Source: Vicugna vicugna
Taxonomy: Eukaryota
Assembly (NCBI GenBank): GCA_013265495.1
Contig: MU058257.1
Span: forward strand, 627,418 to 691,417
Length of the DNA stretch: 64,000 nucleotides
Reading direction: 5' to 3'
This document shows positions 37,310-50,772 of this stretch, in pieces (positions within the stretch are counted from its first letter, which is position 1; every line of letters begins with the position of its first letter). The notes under the pieces are model-generated. The model saw only the letters and a program-made list of their open reading frames with translations. It made no database searches and was not told the DNA's origin. A program made the position numbers and the translations under genes.

Positions 37310-37560
37310 GTGAACCGGTGCAAGGCACTGTTCTAAGTGCTTAGATGGCCCTAGCTCACTCAATCCTCAGGACAACTCCAGGAGGCAGGTTCTATGATTA
37401 CCTTCCTTTTCCAGGCAAGGCAGAGAGGCCATGGAATTGCGACCTGGTGGTCTCACCTGGCCCCTTCTCCACGCTGCCCTGAGAAACAATCCAGTCCCAT
37501 CTCCTCATTTTAACAGATGACCACACTCGGGTCCGGGACACTGAGGCCCATTCCCACAGC
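37310..37560 (-). mobile_element. MIR fragments
   Basis: ggcactgttctaagtgctt...aatcctcaggacaactcc and cctcattttaacagatga. Confidence 0.6.
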
Positions 37561-38194
37561 CACACATTCCATTTGATTGCTTTTTCTTTAAATGGATTGC
37601 AGCTTGGGCTTCCAAACCTGAAAGTTCACATTGAGCGTTGCAGGGTGGAGGGGCAGCCCAAAGCCATGTCCAGCAGGGGTGGGACCCACGCCCAAGAAAT
37701 AGGGTCTTTGGTCAAGCTGAGTCACGACATCACACACCAGCCAAAGAGGCCATCATTTGGTGGTGGAAATATTTTGGCCAAACAGGGGGACACACGAAAA
37801 AGAAGACAGATCAGGAAGGATGTGCTGCAGTCAGAGGTTTTCTGAGTTCTAGAAGTAAACTGATTGGCTTTTTCCAACTCAGCAAATCCTCCAGGAATCT
37901 ACAGGTATGGAGCTAATATACACCTGCTTCTCTCGGTTAATGTTTCTTTCTATCATTTTCAAGGGCAAATTCATTACTGGGGCCCCGTACTCTTGACAGA
38001 CCTGCAGTGGCTGCTGGTAATTGAGAATCTGACGTCCATCACTGTCAGGCCCAATTAAGTGTCGTCAGTAAGACACTAACAATGAAAACAGCGTGACGAC
38101 ACGTGGGAGTTCCGTCTCCATTAGTGTAACCCCAGCGATCACAGGAGAAAAGCACTTGTATCTTTGGAATCCCACACTCTGCTACCTTTTCTTT

Positions 38195-38375
38195 AAATTC
38201 AAGTGCAGTTGATTTCCAATGTGGTGTCGGTTTCAGGTGTGCAGCTCAGTGATTCAGTTACACACACAAATATATTCTTTTTCAGATTCTTTTCCACGAT
38301 AGGTTATTACAAGACATTGAATGCAGTTGCCTGTGCTACACAGTAGCTCCTTGTTGTTTGTCTGTTTTATATTCT
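38195..38375 (-). mobile_element. Short L1 3' end
   Basis: Antisense artiodactyl L1 3'UTR. Confidence 0.75.
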
Positions 38376-40109
38376 TCTGCTTTTAACTTGAGCGAAGAGT
38401 TAGCACGATGTACCTACGTCATAAGGGCTGTCAGTGGGGAGGTGGGAAGAGGGTCGGCAGGGAGGGGCCGCATGGAGCTGGGCTGAGTCTGCTGATGTAA
38501 GGTTGCTGATAAAATACTTTTGTGTCCTTTCACGAGTCATGCTTTAGGAGAAGAGGATTTCGAGTATTTCGATGGATCTGCCCCCGAAAGGTCTAGTTGA
38601 TTCAGACCCTGATAGTCCACCACACACTAGTTAAGGGTAGGGAGTAAGAAGGGGACATAGAGGTTTTTAAATCCATCAAAGTGCTTTTCTGTATAGCAAA
38701 ACAGAGTGCTCCTTTTGTGGTTCAGTAATGGTACCTAAAGTAGGTAACCTTCATTTGCAAGTTCAAACACAGTAAGTTTTAAACGTCTGTGTGCCATTTA
38801 GAAATCTGTATGGCTCTGAAATGGAAGGTCTCCCCAGCTCCCTTTTCCATCTTGGAGATTTTAGTCCGGGGGCTGGCCACGTTAGGAATCCCAGATCAGG
38901 CACCATGTAAACAACTTAAAAGCTTTTATGGTTTAAATACACAGGAAGATGATAATGATGGATAAAATCACATTTTGGGAATAAAATCTAACACATGCAG
39001 CCAATCTTGAATGGAGCTTGTGGTTAAAATGGAAAGCGGTGTGTTGGCTTCTATCCGCCACATCCTAACAAGGAGCGACAGCTCTGGACTTGACTGCAGA
39101 TGAGAGGATTAAGACGACAAAGGCCGGAAGCAGGCGACGCATCCCATCCAAGGCATATGGTAATTTGTTTTCTTTCCCTCTCAGGACCCTACACAACAGC
39201 ACACACAGCCGTGCGTCAGTGGCTCTGGGAAGTTGTTGATATGCAGCAAATTCACACTTGGTGATAAAACCGCAGGGCTCCCGCCTCCTTCAAAAAGACC
39301 GGCTCTTAGGGGAACTCCAGTTTCTGATGTTTATTTGACTTTTTCTTCCACCAAAACAAGAGAGGTTGACATAAAAGGGGAAAACGAAATGGACACAAGA
39401 AAGAAAGGAGCTGCGCACAGATTAAGGAAAACACTGTAAAGGCTTTAGAAACCACAAGTTAGAGGGAGGGGTTGTTACATTTCCAACAGCATCGTCCCCC
39501 TTGGTGGCCCGCAGGCACACAGCCCGTGGGGACCGGCGGTCTCGGCAGAGCACCTGACATCTGGGCAGGGTGGGAGCTGGCTGCAGGGACCGGCTTCGCT
39601 GCCTGCCTGCAAAGCCTTTGGCCCAAGACACTGTATTAAGTTATATTCCCACACTCACTCAGAGTGGGAGCGAGGACAGCGTTCCCGCCAATGAGCTGAA
39701 TCTTCTTGCAGAAGGAGTAGGTCCTTGGCAAAGCAGGACAGAAAGGCCACAGTTGGGACCCAAGGCCAGTTGTGCTGAGGCGAGAGGAATCAGCAGTGAA
39801 ATGCAACTCCCACCTAGGGGTCTGCACACAGAGCTGCTAGGCTGGGGGCTGCTCCTTCTTTTACTCTCAAAGCAGTTGCCGGGCCACCCAGCACACCCCG
39901 GTGTCCGTTCCTTGTTGGCGTCGTGTGCTTAGGAAATGCAAAGACATTTCAGCATCGGCCTTAGTAAAGCAATCACTGAAGAATACCTATTGCTTTAAAA
40001 AAAGATTAAACCACGTGTTCTGGTGAAGCTTGGAATATTTCTTTTTTTCACTAGTTCATCAAGGGCCAACTGCATTTTAAAAGGTCCCAATGCATACAAA
40101 ATTGACTTA

Positions 40110-40565
40110 AGCATTATTCACGAGAGCCAAAAGTTACAAGCAATGAGACTGTCCATCAGTGGACGAATAGACACACAACACGTGGTCTGTACATACCATG
40201 GGATTATGTATGTTCCTGAAAAGGATCGGAATTCTGACACAGGCTACCACACGGATGAACCCTGAGAACACTGTGCCAAGTAAAATAAGCCCGTCAGAAA
40301 AGAAGAAATATTGTATGATTCCCCTTCCACGAGGCTCCCAGAAGCCTCAAATTCACAGAAACAGAAAGTACAATAGTGGCTGCCAGGGACTGGGGGTGCG
40401 GCGGATGGAAAGTTATTGCTTAATGGGGACAGAGTTTCAGTTGTGCAAGATGAGGAGGCCCTGGAGGAGGACCGCATAGTAGCGTGAATGCACATAACAC
40501 GACTGAGCCATCCGCTTGGAAGGGTTAAGACGGCAAATTTTCTTTTACTGTCTTTCGGCACAATT
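40110..40565 (+). mobile_element. Old L1M 3' fragment
   Basis: gcattattcac..agccaaaa...gatgaaccctgagaacact...aatggggacagagtttcag. Confidence 0.7.
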
Positions 40566-40634
40566 ATGAAACTTCTGAAAACCGTAAAGCGCCATAGAAT
40601 TGAAAGACGCATTCAATTAAAAAATAACAATAAA

Positions 40635-40825
40635 GGGGAAGGTATAGTTCAGGAGGTAGAGTGCATGCTTAGCATGCAGGAGGGCCTGGGTTCAATACCC
40701 GGTACCTCCTCTAAAAATAAATGCATAAATAAACCTAATTATCTCCCCCCTTAAACAAAAAATGAAAATAAATAAATAAAATAAAATAAACAATAAAAAA
40801 GTGAAAAATAAAATAATTTAAAAAA
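40635..40825 (+). mobile_element. tRNA-derived SINE (vic-1-like)
   Basis: ggggaaggtatagttcaggaggtagagtgcatgcttagcatgcaggagggcctgggttcaatacccggtacctcc plus an A-rich tail. Confidence 0.85.
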
Positions 40826-41228
40826 AGACAACTTAATCGAGGGATGAGGGAGACAAGGGCACTGGGGGTAGGTGCTTATTGAGAGATCAGCCTCCAAGGG
40901 CAGATTCTGAGTTCCTTCTGGGTTGCCTGGGGGTCCCCCGGCCCCACCCTCCCCGCTGTTCTGTCCTCTTAAGTGTCCGGCCAGCAGCTGGTCACTAAGG
41001 GAGGGAAAGGTGGCCGGCAACACGATTCTGCCCTCTTTTGTCCCAGACGTGGTTTCCGCATCCCATTCCTGTCTCCCTTGGAGTCGGCCCGGAAAGACTC
41101 CATCACACGCCCCTACAGGTCTCACGGCTTCAGGAAATGGGAAGCCGCTTCCCCAGGAAGAGGTCCGGTCCTCGAGTGGAGTCAAGACGGCGAGGGACCA
41201 GGGCCCGCCCCTGCCCCGCCCACCTCAC

Positions 41229-41560
41229 CTTGGGCTTGTGCCGGCCCTCGTCCATCAGCATCTTCCAGTCCGAGCCGTTGTTGCTGTATCCGATCTTGAA
41301 CTTCCGCATGAACACCTTGTTCTCTCGGTGCTTACCGCCCTGGATGATGACGCCCCGCACGATCTTCTCCTCCCCCAGGTCCACCTGGAGCCACTCGTTC
41401 ACGTACGGGTGAGGGGCCGGGGGCAGCGCCCAGCCCGAGCGACTGGTCACCAGGCGGATGTTTTCAGGCATCCAGTTCCTTTCCCCTTGGTTGGATGCTG
41501 TGATCTGGGAGTCGGAAATAAGTCCGGACACCATCCCCAGCATTCCAGAGCAAGGATAGT
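41229..41560 (-). CDS. NRP1: NRP1 exon 9 (b2 domain)
   Basis: Encodes (D)YPCSGMLGMVSGLISDSQITASNQ...FMRKFKIGYSNNGSDWKMLMDEGRHKPK; tag| and |gtgag; 332 bp. Confidence 0.97.
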
Positions 41561-42569
41561 CTAGAGGGGGAATGGAAGGGGCAACGTGAAATGATTTTCT
41601 AGGAGTCCCCATGCTTGGAAAGAGAACCCAACAGATTGACTAAAAGCATCATCTGTCCCCGGTTCTGTACCTCTGTCAATGTCTGGATTCTCTGGCATTA
41701 AACTGAAACTCCCCCCTTCTCTTCCTGTGCTCCCAGCCCCCCACTCACAGTCTGATAAAAGGAAATCTTCAATAAGAACATCCATTTCTCCCGGCCTGGG
41801 TTCTTCCAAGTTTAATGTCCAAGTATGGATGTTCAGTCCCTTTGGTGCCCAGAAGCTGTCCCGAGATCGAGCACAAGCCCTGCCCAGTGGAGGTTCACTT
41901 TACGCAGGGCTGGAGCTGTGCAAAGCGGCAGCTCCCACAGCAGGAAAGTTGCCAAAACAACAGTAAAAAGAAGATGAGGAGGAGGTGATGTGAAAGGAAG
42001 AGCTGGACTCAGCGGGAAGAGGAGGGAGGTCTGCCAGAGGAGGGAGGGCCTGCCAGAGGAGTGTTAAAGGAGGGGCCCATCCTCCCCTCACGTGTCCTCC
42101 CTACCCGTGTCCACCAGCAACAGAACTTTGCACAGGAAAGCCCATGCCACATGATGCTCCATGTTCAGACAGAAACCGTCCTTTCCTCTTGACACTGGAT
42201 CTCCTTTCTCTTTTATTATTTACTTCTTTATTTTTAAGTTTTTTATCACAATTTTTTAAATTAATTTTTTTCCTAATTCTATTTTAATGGATGCAATCAC
42301 CAACCATCAAGTTCCGGCCTGGTCATCCTGTCTTTCCCTGTGTTCCATTCCTGTTCTGCTACCAAACCCTGTAACATTTTCATTTAAAAAAGAAAGGGTG
42401 TCCTAGACCTGCCTTGCAGTCTCCATTTCTTCGGGCCTCATCTTGATCTGAACCCTCACGGCTACCCGGCCAGCCTCTCAAACTGTAGTGCTGAGCCAAC
42501 AACACCCATGTCACTTCCCATGATTTTTTTTTCTTTTTTGGCCAATGTCATTCTCATCCTCAAAAATCT

Positions 42570-44990
42570 TCCATTGCTAAGGAAAATAAGCCAGACACCA
42601 AAGGGCAAATGTGGCATGATACCAGAGATACGAGGTACCGAGGACCGTCGAGTGCTTTCAGACCGGAAGCAGAAAGCTGGCTGCCAGGAGCTGGAGGCAG
42701 GGGAGGGTGGAGAGTTAGTGTTTCCTGGGGACCGAATGTCAGTCTGGGATGACGCAAAGCTTGGAAGATGGATGGTGGTGGTGCACAGTAATGTGAACAC
42801 AGTAGATGCAACTGGATTGTATCCTTGAAAATGGTTAGAGCAGCCCCTGTGGAGGACTGAGTGGAGGTTCCTCAAAGCTAGAAACACTTACCCTGTGACC
42901 CAGCAGTCCCACTCCCGGGCATATATCCAGAGGGAACTCTAATTCGAAAAGACACATGCACCCCAATGTTCACAGCAGCACTATTCACAACAGCCAAGAC
43001 CTGGAAGCCATCTTAACGTCCGTGGACAGATCACTCGGTAAGGAAGCTGTGGTCGCCCACTGCTGGGCACCCTAAGGGAACAGCCACGCATCTCTGTCCG
43101 TCTTGGTCCTGTGGGCCCACCAGCCTTCTCCTCACATTTCCCGAGACCGAGTCCAAGGTGGCGGAGGGGTGGGACCACAAGCTCGCCTCTCCTCGCGACT
43201 GCAGCAAAACCGCAACCGAATGCTAAAAACCATCGAAGAAATAAAAGGCTAGAACCTAGCAAAGATCTTCTGCAACTGGAAACAAAAAGAGACAACCACA
43301 GCAGGAAGGTAGGAAGGGCGAGCTTGTGTTATAATTGGGCCCTGTTCCCCCTGGACGGGTGACTCACAAGCTGAAGATCTGTGAAGTCCCAGGGGCCCTC
43401 CCATAGGAGTGAGAGCTCTGAGCCCCACATCAGGCTCCCCAGCCTGGGTCCTGGCCCTGGGAAGAGAAGGAGACCCCGGGACATCTGGTTTTGAAGGCCA
43501 GAGGGGCTTGGTGCTGGGAGCCCCACGGGACTGGGGGAAACGGAGACTCCATTTGCTTGAGAAGCATACACGGAATCTCGTGTGTGCCAGGTCCAAGGGC
43601 AGAGGCAGTGATTTCACAGGAACCTGGGGCAGACCTGCGTGCTGGTTTTGGAAGGTCTCCTAGGGAGGTAGGGGATGGCCGAGACTCACCCAGGGGACAT
43701 AAAAGCTGGTGTCAGACATTCCAAACATGTTCATCTACATGAGCTTTCCTGGAGGCTGACATCTTGATTGGATCATTAGCACTAAGACCCAGCCCCACCC
43801 AACAGCCTGTAGGGAAGCCTCAGGCCAAGCAACATACAGGGTGGGAACACAGCCCCACCCATAGGCAGACCTCCTGAGCCAACAAAGGCCTCTGGACACA
43901 GCCCTGCCCACCAGAGGTCCAGGACCAAGCCTCACCCAGCAGTGGGCAGGCACCGGCTCCTCCTGCCAGGAACCCTGCATAAGCCCCTAGTCCAGCCTCA
44001 CCCACCAGGGAGCAGATACCAGGAAGAAGAAAACAATCCCAAAGCCTGTGGAAGGAATCCACAAACACAGGCCAGACTCTACACTGGGACCAGCTGGACC
44101 CTGGCCCTTGGGTGTCAAGAGAGGAAGTGTACTGCTCGGATGCATAGGGCGCCTCCCACAGAGGGCCACCTCTCCAATGTTGAGAAATGTAACTAACCTA
44201 CCTGAAAATACAAATAGAAAGACAGACAATATGAGGTGGCAGAGGAAATTCTCCCAGGCCAAGGCATAAGATCAAGTCCCAGAAGAAGTAAGTGATGAGG
44301 AGACAGGCAATTTATCTGAGAAAGAGTTTAATGATGGTGAAGCTGTTCAGAGAACTCAAGAGGAGTATAGATGCACAGAGCAACGTTTTTAGCAGAGAGT
44401 TAGAAAATATAAAGAATATCCAAACAGAGCTGAAGAATAAAGAAGTTGTGGTATATTTACAATGGAATGCTACTCAGCCATAAAAAAGAACAAAATCATG
44501 CCATTTGCAGCAACATGGATGGACCTAAAGATTATCATACTAAGTGAAATAAATCAGACAGAGGAAGACAAATATATGATGTTACTTACATGTAGAATCT
44601 AAAAAAATGATACAAATGAACTTGTTTACAAAAAAGAAAGAGACTCACAGACATAGAAGACAATCTTATGGTTACCAAAGGGGAAAGGGAAAGTAGGGGA
44701 GGATAAATCAGGAGTTTGGGATTAACAGACACACACTACTATATATAAAACAGATAAACAATAAGGTCCTACTGTACAACACAGGGAGCTATAGTCAATA
44801 TCTTGTAATAGAATAACTGATAATGGAAAAGAATCTGAAAAAGAATATAATACATGCATACATATAACTGAATCACTATGCTGTACACCAGAAACTAATA
44901 CAACATTGTAAGTCAACTAGACTTCAATTAAAAAAAAGGAAAAAAAAAGGTTAGAACAGTAAATTCTGTTATGCATATTTCACCACAATT
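42570..44990 (+). mobile_element. Three-layer L1 nest
   Basis: Old L1M interrupted by an L1 3' portion (42844-44943), itself interrupted by an L1 5'UTR/ORF1-start segment (43054-44437); imperfect TSDs at both levels. Confidence 0.75.
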
Positions 44991-45796
44991 GGAAAAGAGA
45001 GAGATCTTTAAAATATTCCCATGGCGTTCCATTATTTACGGGACACTATAAAAAGTCTCTGTCTGGCTTTCAACACCCTCATTTTGGCTTCACCCTATTG
45101 ATCCAGTTTTATTTCCTATTCCTGACAGTAATCCATTTCTTCCCATAAACCACGGAGATAATTCTCAGCAGTGCCTTTGCTCACAATGTCCCTGCTGCCC
45201 CTTTCCTCCTGGTGACAGAGGTAGGTTCAGTCCAGGCTTTAAAACCCAGCTTAGGGCATTTCATGAAAACCTCTCAAGGGACTCTGGCCTTCACCCTGAA
45301 CTCTCCCTTCTCAGAAATTGGATGGCATGGTCCGGCAGCAGCACGGGGTTCAGCATGAAGCCGTCTCTCCAGGTTTCAAGATCGGGAGTCTTGTATCCAT
45401 AACTAGATTATAAATTCCTCGAAAGCAATCAACCGCATCGTGGGGTCTTTTAACAGCTTCCCCAGCAGCCCAGGGAGCTTCTGAGCATAAGGAGGGTGGA
45501 GGGTATCAATCACTGACTGATTGGTGGCTTAACAATGAAACGTTCAACACTTTAATTATTCTCCTTTCAAAATCGGACGCCCCTGTGAAGGACACGCCAG
45601 GAAGGAGAATCTATTTTTCTTTGAAACAGCTCCATTCTGCATCAATCAAAATTTAGCCTAAAAATGTAACCATGCTAAGTGGGAGGTGTGTATCTAATGC
45701 AATTAAGTGACGTCCGTGTTGTCAGCTGACTCTTAAGAATGAGATACTCAGATACTTTCCACCTGAGTCTTACAGCTCAGATCATGTCATTTCTTT

Positions 45797-46651
45797 TTTT
45801 AAATTTTTTTTTATTGAAGTGTAGTTGATTTACAGTGTTAGTTTCAGGTGCACAGCAAAGCAATTCAGTCATATGTATATATATACATACACACATATAT
45901 TATCAGAATCTTTTCCACTATGACCTGTTACAAGAAATTAAATATAGTTCCCTGTGCTGTATAGTAGACCCTTGTTGTTTATCTATTTTCTATACAGGGG
46001 TGTGTATCTGTTAAATCTAAACTCCTAATTTAACCCTTCCCACTCTCCTTCTCCTTTGGTAACCATAGTTTGTTTTCTATGTCCGTGAGTCTATTTCTGG
46101 TTTGTAAATGGAATTTGTATCTTTTTTTAAGTTCCACATATAAGTGATGTCATACGATATTTATCTTTCTCTGTCTGACTTACTTCACTTAGTGTGATAA
46201 TCTCTAAGTCCATCCATGTTGCTGCAAATAGCACTATTTTATTCTTTTTTGTGGCTGAGTATAAATTGTATAAATATACCACAACTACTTTATCCAGTCA
46301 TCTGTTGATGGACATTTAGGTTGTTTCCATGTCTTGGCTATTGTAAATAGTGCTGCTATGAACATTGGGGTGCATGTATCTTTTCAAATTAAAGTTCCCT
46401 CTGGATATACACCCAGGAATGAGATTGCTGGATCATATGGTTAAGCCTATTTTCAGTTTTTTGAGGAATCTCCATACTGTTTTCCACAGTGGCTGCACTA
46501 AACTGCATTCCCACCAGCAGTGTAGGAGGGTTCCCTTTTCTCCACACCCTCTCCAGCATTTATTACTTGTAGACTTTTTAATGATGGCCATTCTGACTGC
46601 TGTGAGGTGATACCACATTGTAGTTTTGATTTGCATTTCTCTGATAATTAT
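45797..46651 (-). mobile_element. 5'-truncated L1 (ORF2 end plus 3'UTR)
   Basis: ORF2 remnant [22 protein letters not shown]; perfect 18 bp TSD agatcatgtcatttcttt (45779-45796, 46652-46669). Confidence 0.92.
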
Positions 46652-49559
46652 AGATCATGTCATTTCTTTACTCAAAAATTCAGTTTCCGCTTGCCTAGGA
46701 ATTATGCATCTACCTTCAACCGAGCTGCCCCGCCTTCCACACCAAGGCTTTGCAAGGCCCTTCCTCACCGAAGACCCTCCTCACTGAAGACCCTCCTCAC
46801 CTTGGTGGTGGTGGTGTTTGGGGGCTTTCTCTCATTCTGCTCCCTCTACCAAAGAATTCCCCATCATTTTGCCCCTCCCACTATCTTAAAAATCATGACT
46901 GGTTTTCAGATTTTATGTTACATATTCATTTTTTCTGATCTCTCCAACTAGACATGGTTTTCCTTCTCTGGGACTCTTCCTAGCTTTCCACCTGCATTTC
47001 TCATATTTATTGACCAGATTCAGTTCCTCGGATTGCCATGTGCCTTCCCAGATTTTAAATTCTTTCAGTCACATTAGAACATTGTCTCCAAGTCCTAGTG
47101 CCCTGCTTTATACATGATGTTTGCTCCACAAATATTTGTTGAATGAATCAGCTTCTTAACACAATAAAAGCCAGCTGTCACCTCCCTCCTCCAGCACCCT
47201 TTCCTGTAATTCAGCCACAGTATTTGCTCCAGGCTGGGACCTGGAAACCAAGAATAAATTCAATGGGGATTTATAAAAAGATTTCCCCAAATGATTTTAC
47301 CCCCAAATGGGTCTATGAAATGATCGTGTTAAAAATAGAAGTTACATTTTTGGGTCACTGTGGTCACACCTGTCTGATTCAAAATCAGCTTTTGTAAAGA
47401 AAATATTTAGTTGGTAATATGTACCAGATGAGAAAAACAATGAACTTGAATATTGTAAGGTGAGCAGAACCTTTACGGGATTAACGTCCCTTCTCCAATG
47501 CAGAGCTGGCTGGGGTGTGGTCCTCACCCCTACAGGCGTAGGGATGCATGGCCCCCATCCAGCCAACATATCATCTCTCCTGCAAGTCTGCCCCGTCCAA
47601 TAACTACCAAGAGGGACCTCAATTAAGTAAAATACTAAGGCAACTTGATGTTGTGATTATTGAATTAAAAGGAGAACCAGGAAATTCAGAGTTCAGACTA
47701 ATTCGTGTGGAGTCTTTATGAAGTTTACATCTTTTTTTTTGGTACAGTGTCATGAGATTAGGTTTGAGGAAGGGGCTAGAAATTTCCACCCTGTCTTCAA
47801 ATGGCCTTGTCTCTGGATTTATGGGCACCTCACATTTGTGACGCTCTGAAAATGGCCTAGAACTTTCTCTCCTGTAACTGCTGATCAGGAGTAAAGCCAA
47901 GGCTACAGCTAACCCTTCAGTGTCCCATCGTCCCCCACATTCCTCTCCACCCCGCTCCTGCCCCCAAGGCCTTGAGCTTTCTAAGTGTTTAGAGCCTAAA
48001 ACAATAAACAAGTCTGCCTCTAGGATAAAAATAAATAAAATTTTGGTGAGGAATCAGATGTCAGGTTTTACTTTCCAAAATGGACTCTGTTGTAAACAAG
48101 TAAAGTTTTTTTTTTCCCTCCTTAGTTAGCCCTTTCCTAAATGCTTGTCATTTCATGGAAAATTGCTCAGGTGATTTTTTTTCCTCCTTCAAAAGTCAAT
48201 ATTTTCCGTCTCTAAAAATAAGGATTGCTAAAGAGGATAAAAATAAAAACTGGTGCTGGCATTCATGGGATGAGAAATTAAATGCTGTCAATATGTGTAC
48301 TGATACCACAATGAAAGATATTTCACACACTTTTAAACTTTGTTCACTTTTAATTACTTTTAATCAGTAACTGATTCAGTTTTTGAACTTTTTGTAAAGA
48401 TACAAATGGATTTTTTCTAAATATGTAAAAAATGTGCTCGTTTCTGGTATACAGCATAGTGATTCAGCTATATATATATATATATTCTTTCTCATTACAG
48501 GTTGCTACAAGCCATTGAATACAGTTCCCTGTGCTGGACAGTAGGATGGTTTTTAACTTCTAAGCTTGCTATGAAGGTTACACTACCGACTTTCTTTAAA
48601 AGGAAAATTCGCAGTGTATTTATTTAAATGGAAGGGAATTCTAACGTGACTGCAGTGCACTTCAGGACACAGCATGGCTGGTTGTGCAGGAAGCTCAGCG
48701 GACAAGTAAGAGCAGCCCTGGTTGCCATAGAAACACAGTAAGGCCAATGGCATCTTCTGTCACTGCCCGCTCCGTCCTGACGTGACCCACAGTTGTAGCC
48801 ACTTCATTTCACTATCCTCGTTTCTCAAGTGGGATCACCCACTGACCTGTTGTAAATTTAAGAGAGACTTCTAAAGTCCTATGAATGTCAGAAGAAACAA
48901 ACACGAAAACTAGAGATATTGAGAAACCGACTTCTAACATTAGTATATTCATTCAACAAAAGACAGATACATAGAGAGGAAAAACCTAAGAGAAAGTTGT
49001 CAGGGTGGTTAGTGAATGACAGGAGAAATTCTCGGAAATTAAACTCCTCCTTAGCTGTAGCTGGCGAGGCCACCTCCAGACCTCAAAATTGAGAAGATGG
49101 AGCAGGTGGAGACCACCTGCACGACAGTTATTTACTGTAAGTCTACGAAGCAGCAGCCGGGGTGCCGAGTACCCCGGAGACAGGGATGACAGGGAGGGTC
49201 CCTGCCTCCCTGGAGGTTGCCAGGGAGTGGAAAGGTACCACTCGGTAAATACTGACCCCGCACCGTGGTGCCAAGTGCATTACATACACGAGCGAGCCCA
49301 TCATCACAACCACCTCCACGACGCGCACCGTGGTGCCTGGGTAGGTGCGATAACTAAGGCTTGGAAAGGCAGTAAACCACCCAAAGAAATAGGCCAGTGA
49401 GCAGTCCAAGTGGGATTTCAACTCACATTTGTCTAAATCCAAAGCATAGGCCCTTAACTGTCAAATAAAAATGACCGACTCCATCTATGCCAAATTACTC
49501 TCCCTCGACCAAAAAGTTCGCATACACCAGAACCAGGCAATCTTCCAGGTGGAGCTTAC

Positions 49560-49704
49560 CTGTTATCTTGCACCCGTAGACTTCAAATCTCAGAGATATA
49601 CCAGTTTCCCAGGTCATAGGTTTGATTCGGACAAATCGAGTTATCAGTGGTTTGGGGAACACTCCAAACACGATGTCGGTGGGGTTGGTGTTTCCCTGAA
49701 AGAT
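49560..49704 (-). CDS. NRP1: NRP1 exon 8 (end of b1)
   Basis: Encodes IFQGNTNPTDIVFGVFPKPLITRFVRIKPMTWETGISLRFEVYGCKIT; tag| acceptor, |gtaag donor; 145 bp; not in the ORF track. Confidence 0.96.
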
Positions 49705-49756
49705 CTAGATGTAAAAAGGAAGAGCCCTTTAAATAATATACATTTTGGATTAAAAA

Positions 49757-49875
49757 AATTTTTTTGGTTGGATTTTTAATTAATTAATGAATTACTTTAA
49801 CGGAGGGATTGGGGATTGAACCCCGGACCTCGTGCATGCTAAGCACGTGCTCCACCACTGAGCTGTACCCTCCCC
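49757..49875 (-). mobile_element. tRNA-derived SINE (vic-1-like), ~50 bp upstream of the exon 8 acceptor
   Basis: Same family as the copy at 40635. Confidence 0.8.
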
Positions 49876-50616
49876 GCTTTCTGTGCGTTTTCCTCGGCCT
49901 CCAAGGCAGGCTTTGAATTTCGGCGAAACAGCATGCAGGAGTTCTCAGAAATCTTTTGATGAGTCAGTCAGAGCAAGCATAACTTCCAGTAAACAGCAGG
50001 CTGAGAAAAACATCTCAGTCCCAAATAATTTAGGGCAGAGCTTCCGGGGTGGGGTGGGGCGTGTATGGCTGCCTGGCTGATCGCTGTGAGGAGGTGGTGT
50101 GTCATTCATGGGGTCTGAGGAAACACGACGCTGCCTTTAGTCCTGTCCCTTCCCACAGAGGAAGCCTAACACGCTTGCAAATTAGTTTGGGAGCCACAGA
50201 GGGGCGATGAAAAGGAGACTTCTACAGCCAGCCCACTACAGGGAGGAAGAAAGAGTCAGTCTGCAAAAGAGGATGGGGAAACTCAGGGACAGAGACAAAA
50301 CAGAGCAACTGCGCGGGTTCCAGGAGGGCTGTGTTACCCTCCGCGGGGTCCGCGTGCCTGCGGGAGTCTTGAAGTGGTTCCTGAGCCTGACTTAATCTGG
50401 CTGGCATTGACTTTTCTTGGAAACATCCATACAATTTCCTTCTGCCTTCTGGATCTGGGAACATGAGACCCACTTGGTCAGATTTAAACGTCTAATTGCA
50501 CTTTTCATTTTAAATCAGTTCAAAAGTAAACCGGGCCAGATAGCAAGCCCCCAAACTAACAAGGAAAAACTGATCATCCAACGCAAAGGCTGGACTGGGG
50601 AGGGAGGCACACTTAC

Positions 50617-50772
50617 GAGGGGTTTATTCCCTTCCTTGATGGTGACCCAGTCTTCTCCGTTGGAGCTGATTTCAATTCTGTAAGTCTTGACGTAGTACTT
50701 CTTCTTGGTTTCCTTTGAAATGGCTCCCTGTGTCCCGACAGCGGTGACAAACCGAAGAAGACCCAGGTCCAC
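50617..50772 (-). CDS. NRP1: NRP1 exon 7 (b1 / FV-FVIII domain)
   Basis: Encodes VDLGLLRFVTAVGTQGAISKETKKKYYVKTYRIEISSNGEDWVTIKEGNKPL; cag| acceptor, |gtaagt donor; 156 bp. Confidence 0.97.

Noticed and set aside
40635..40710. tRNA-Ala-like gene
   Set aside because: One of six diverged copies with A-rich tails and TSD-like flanks, so a SINE rather than a tRNA gene.
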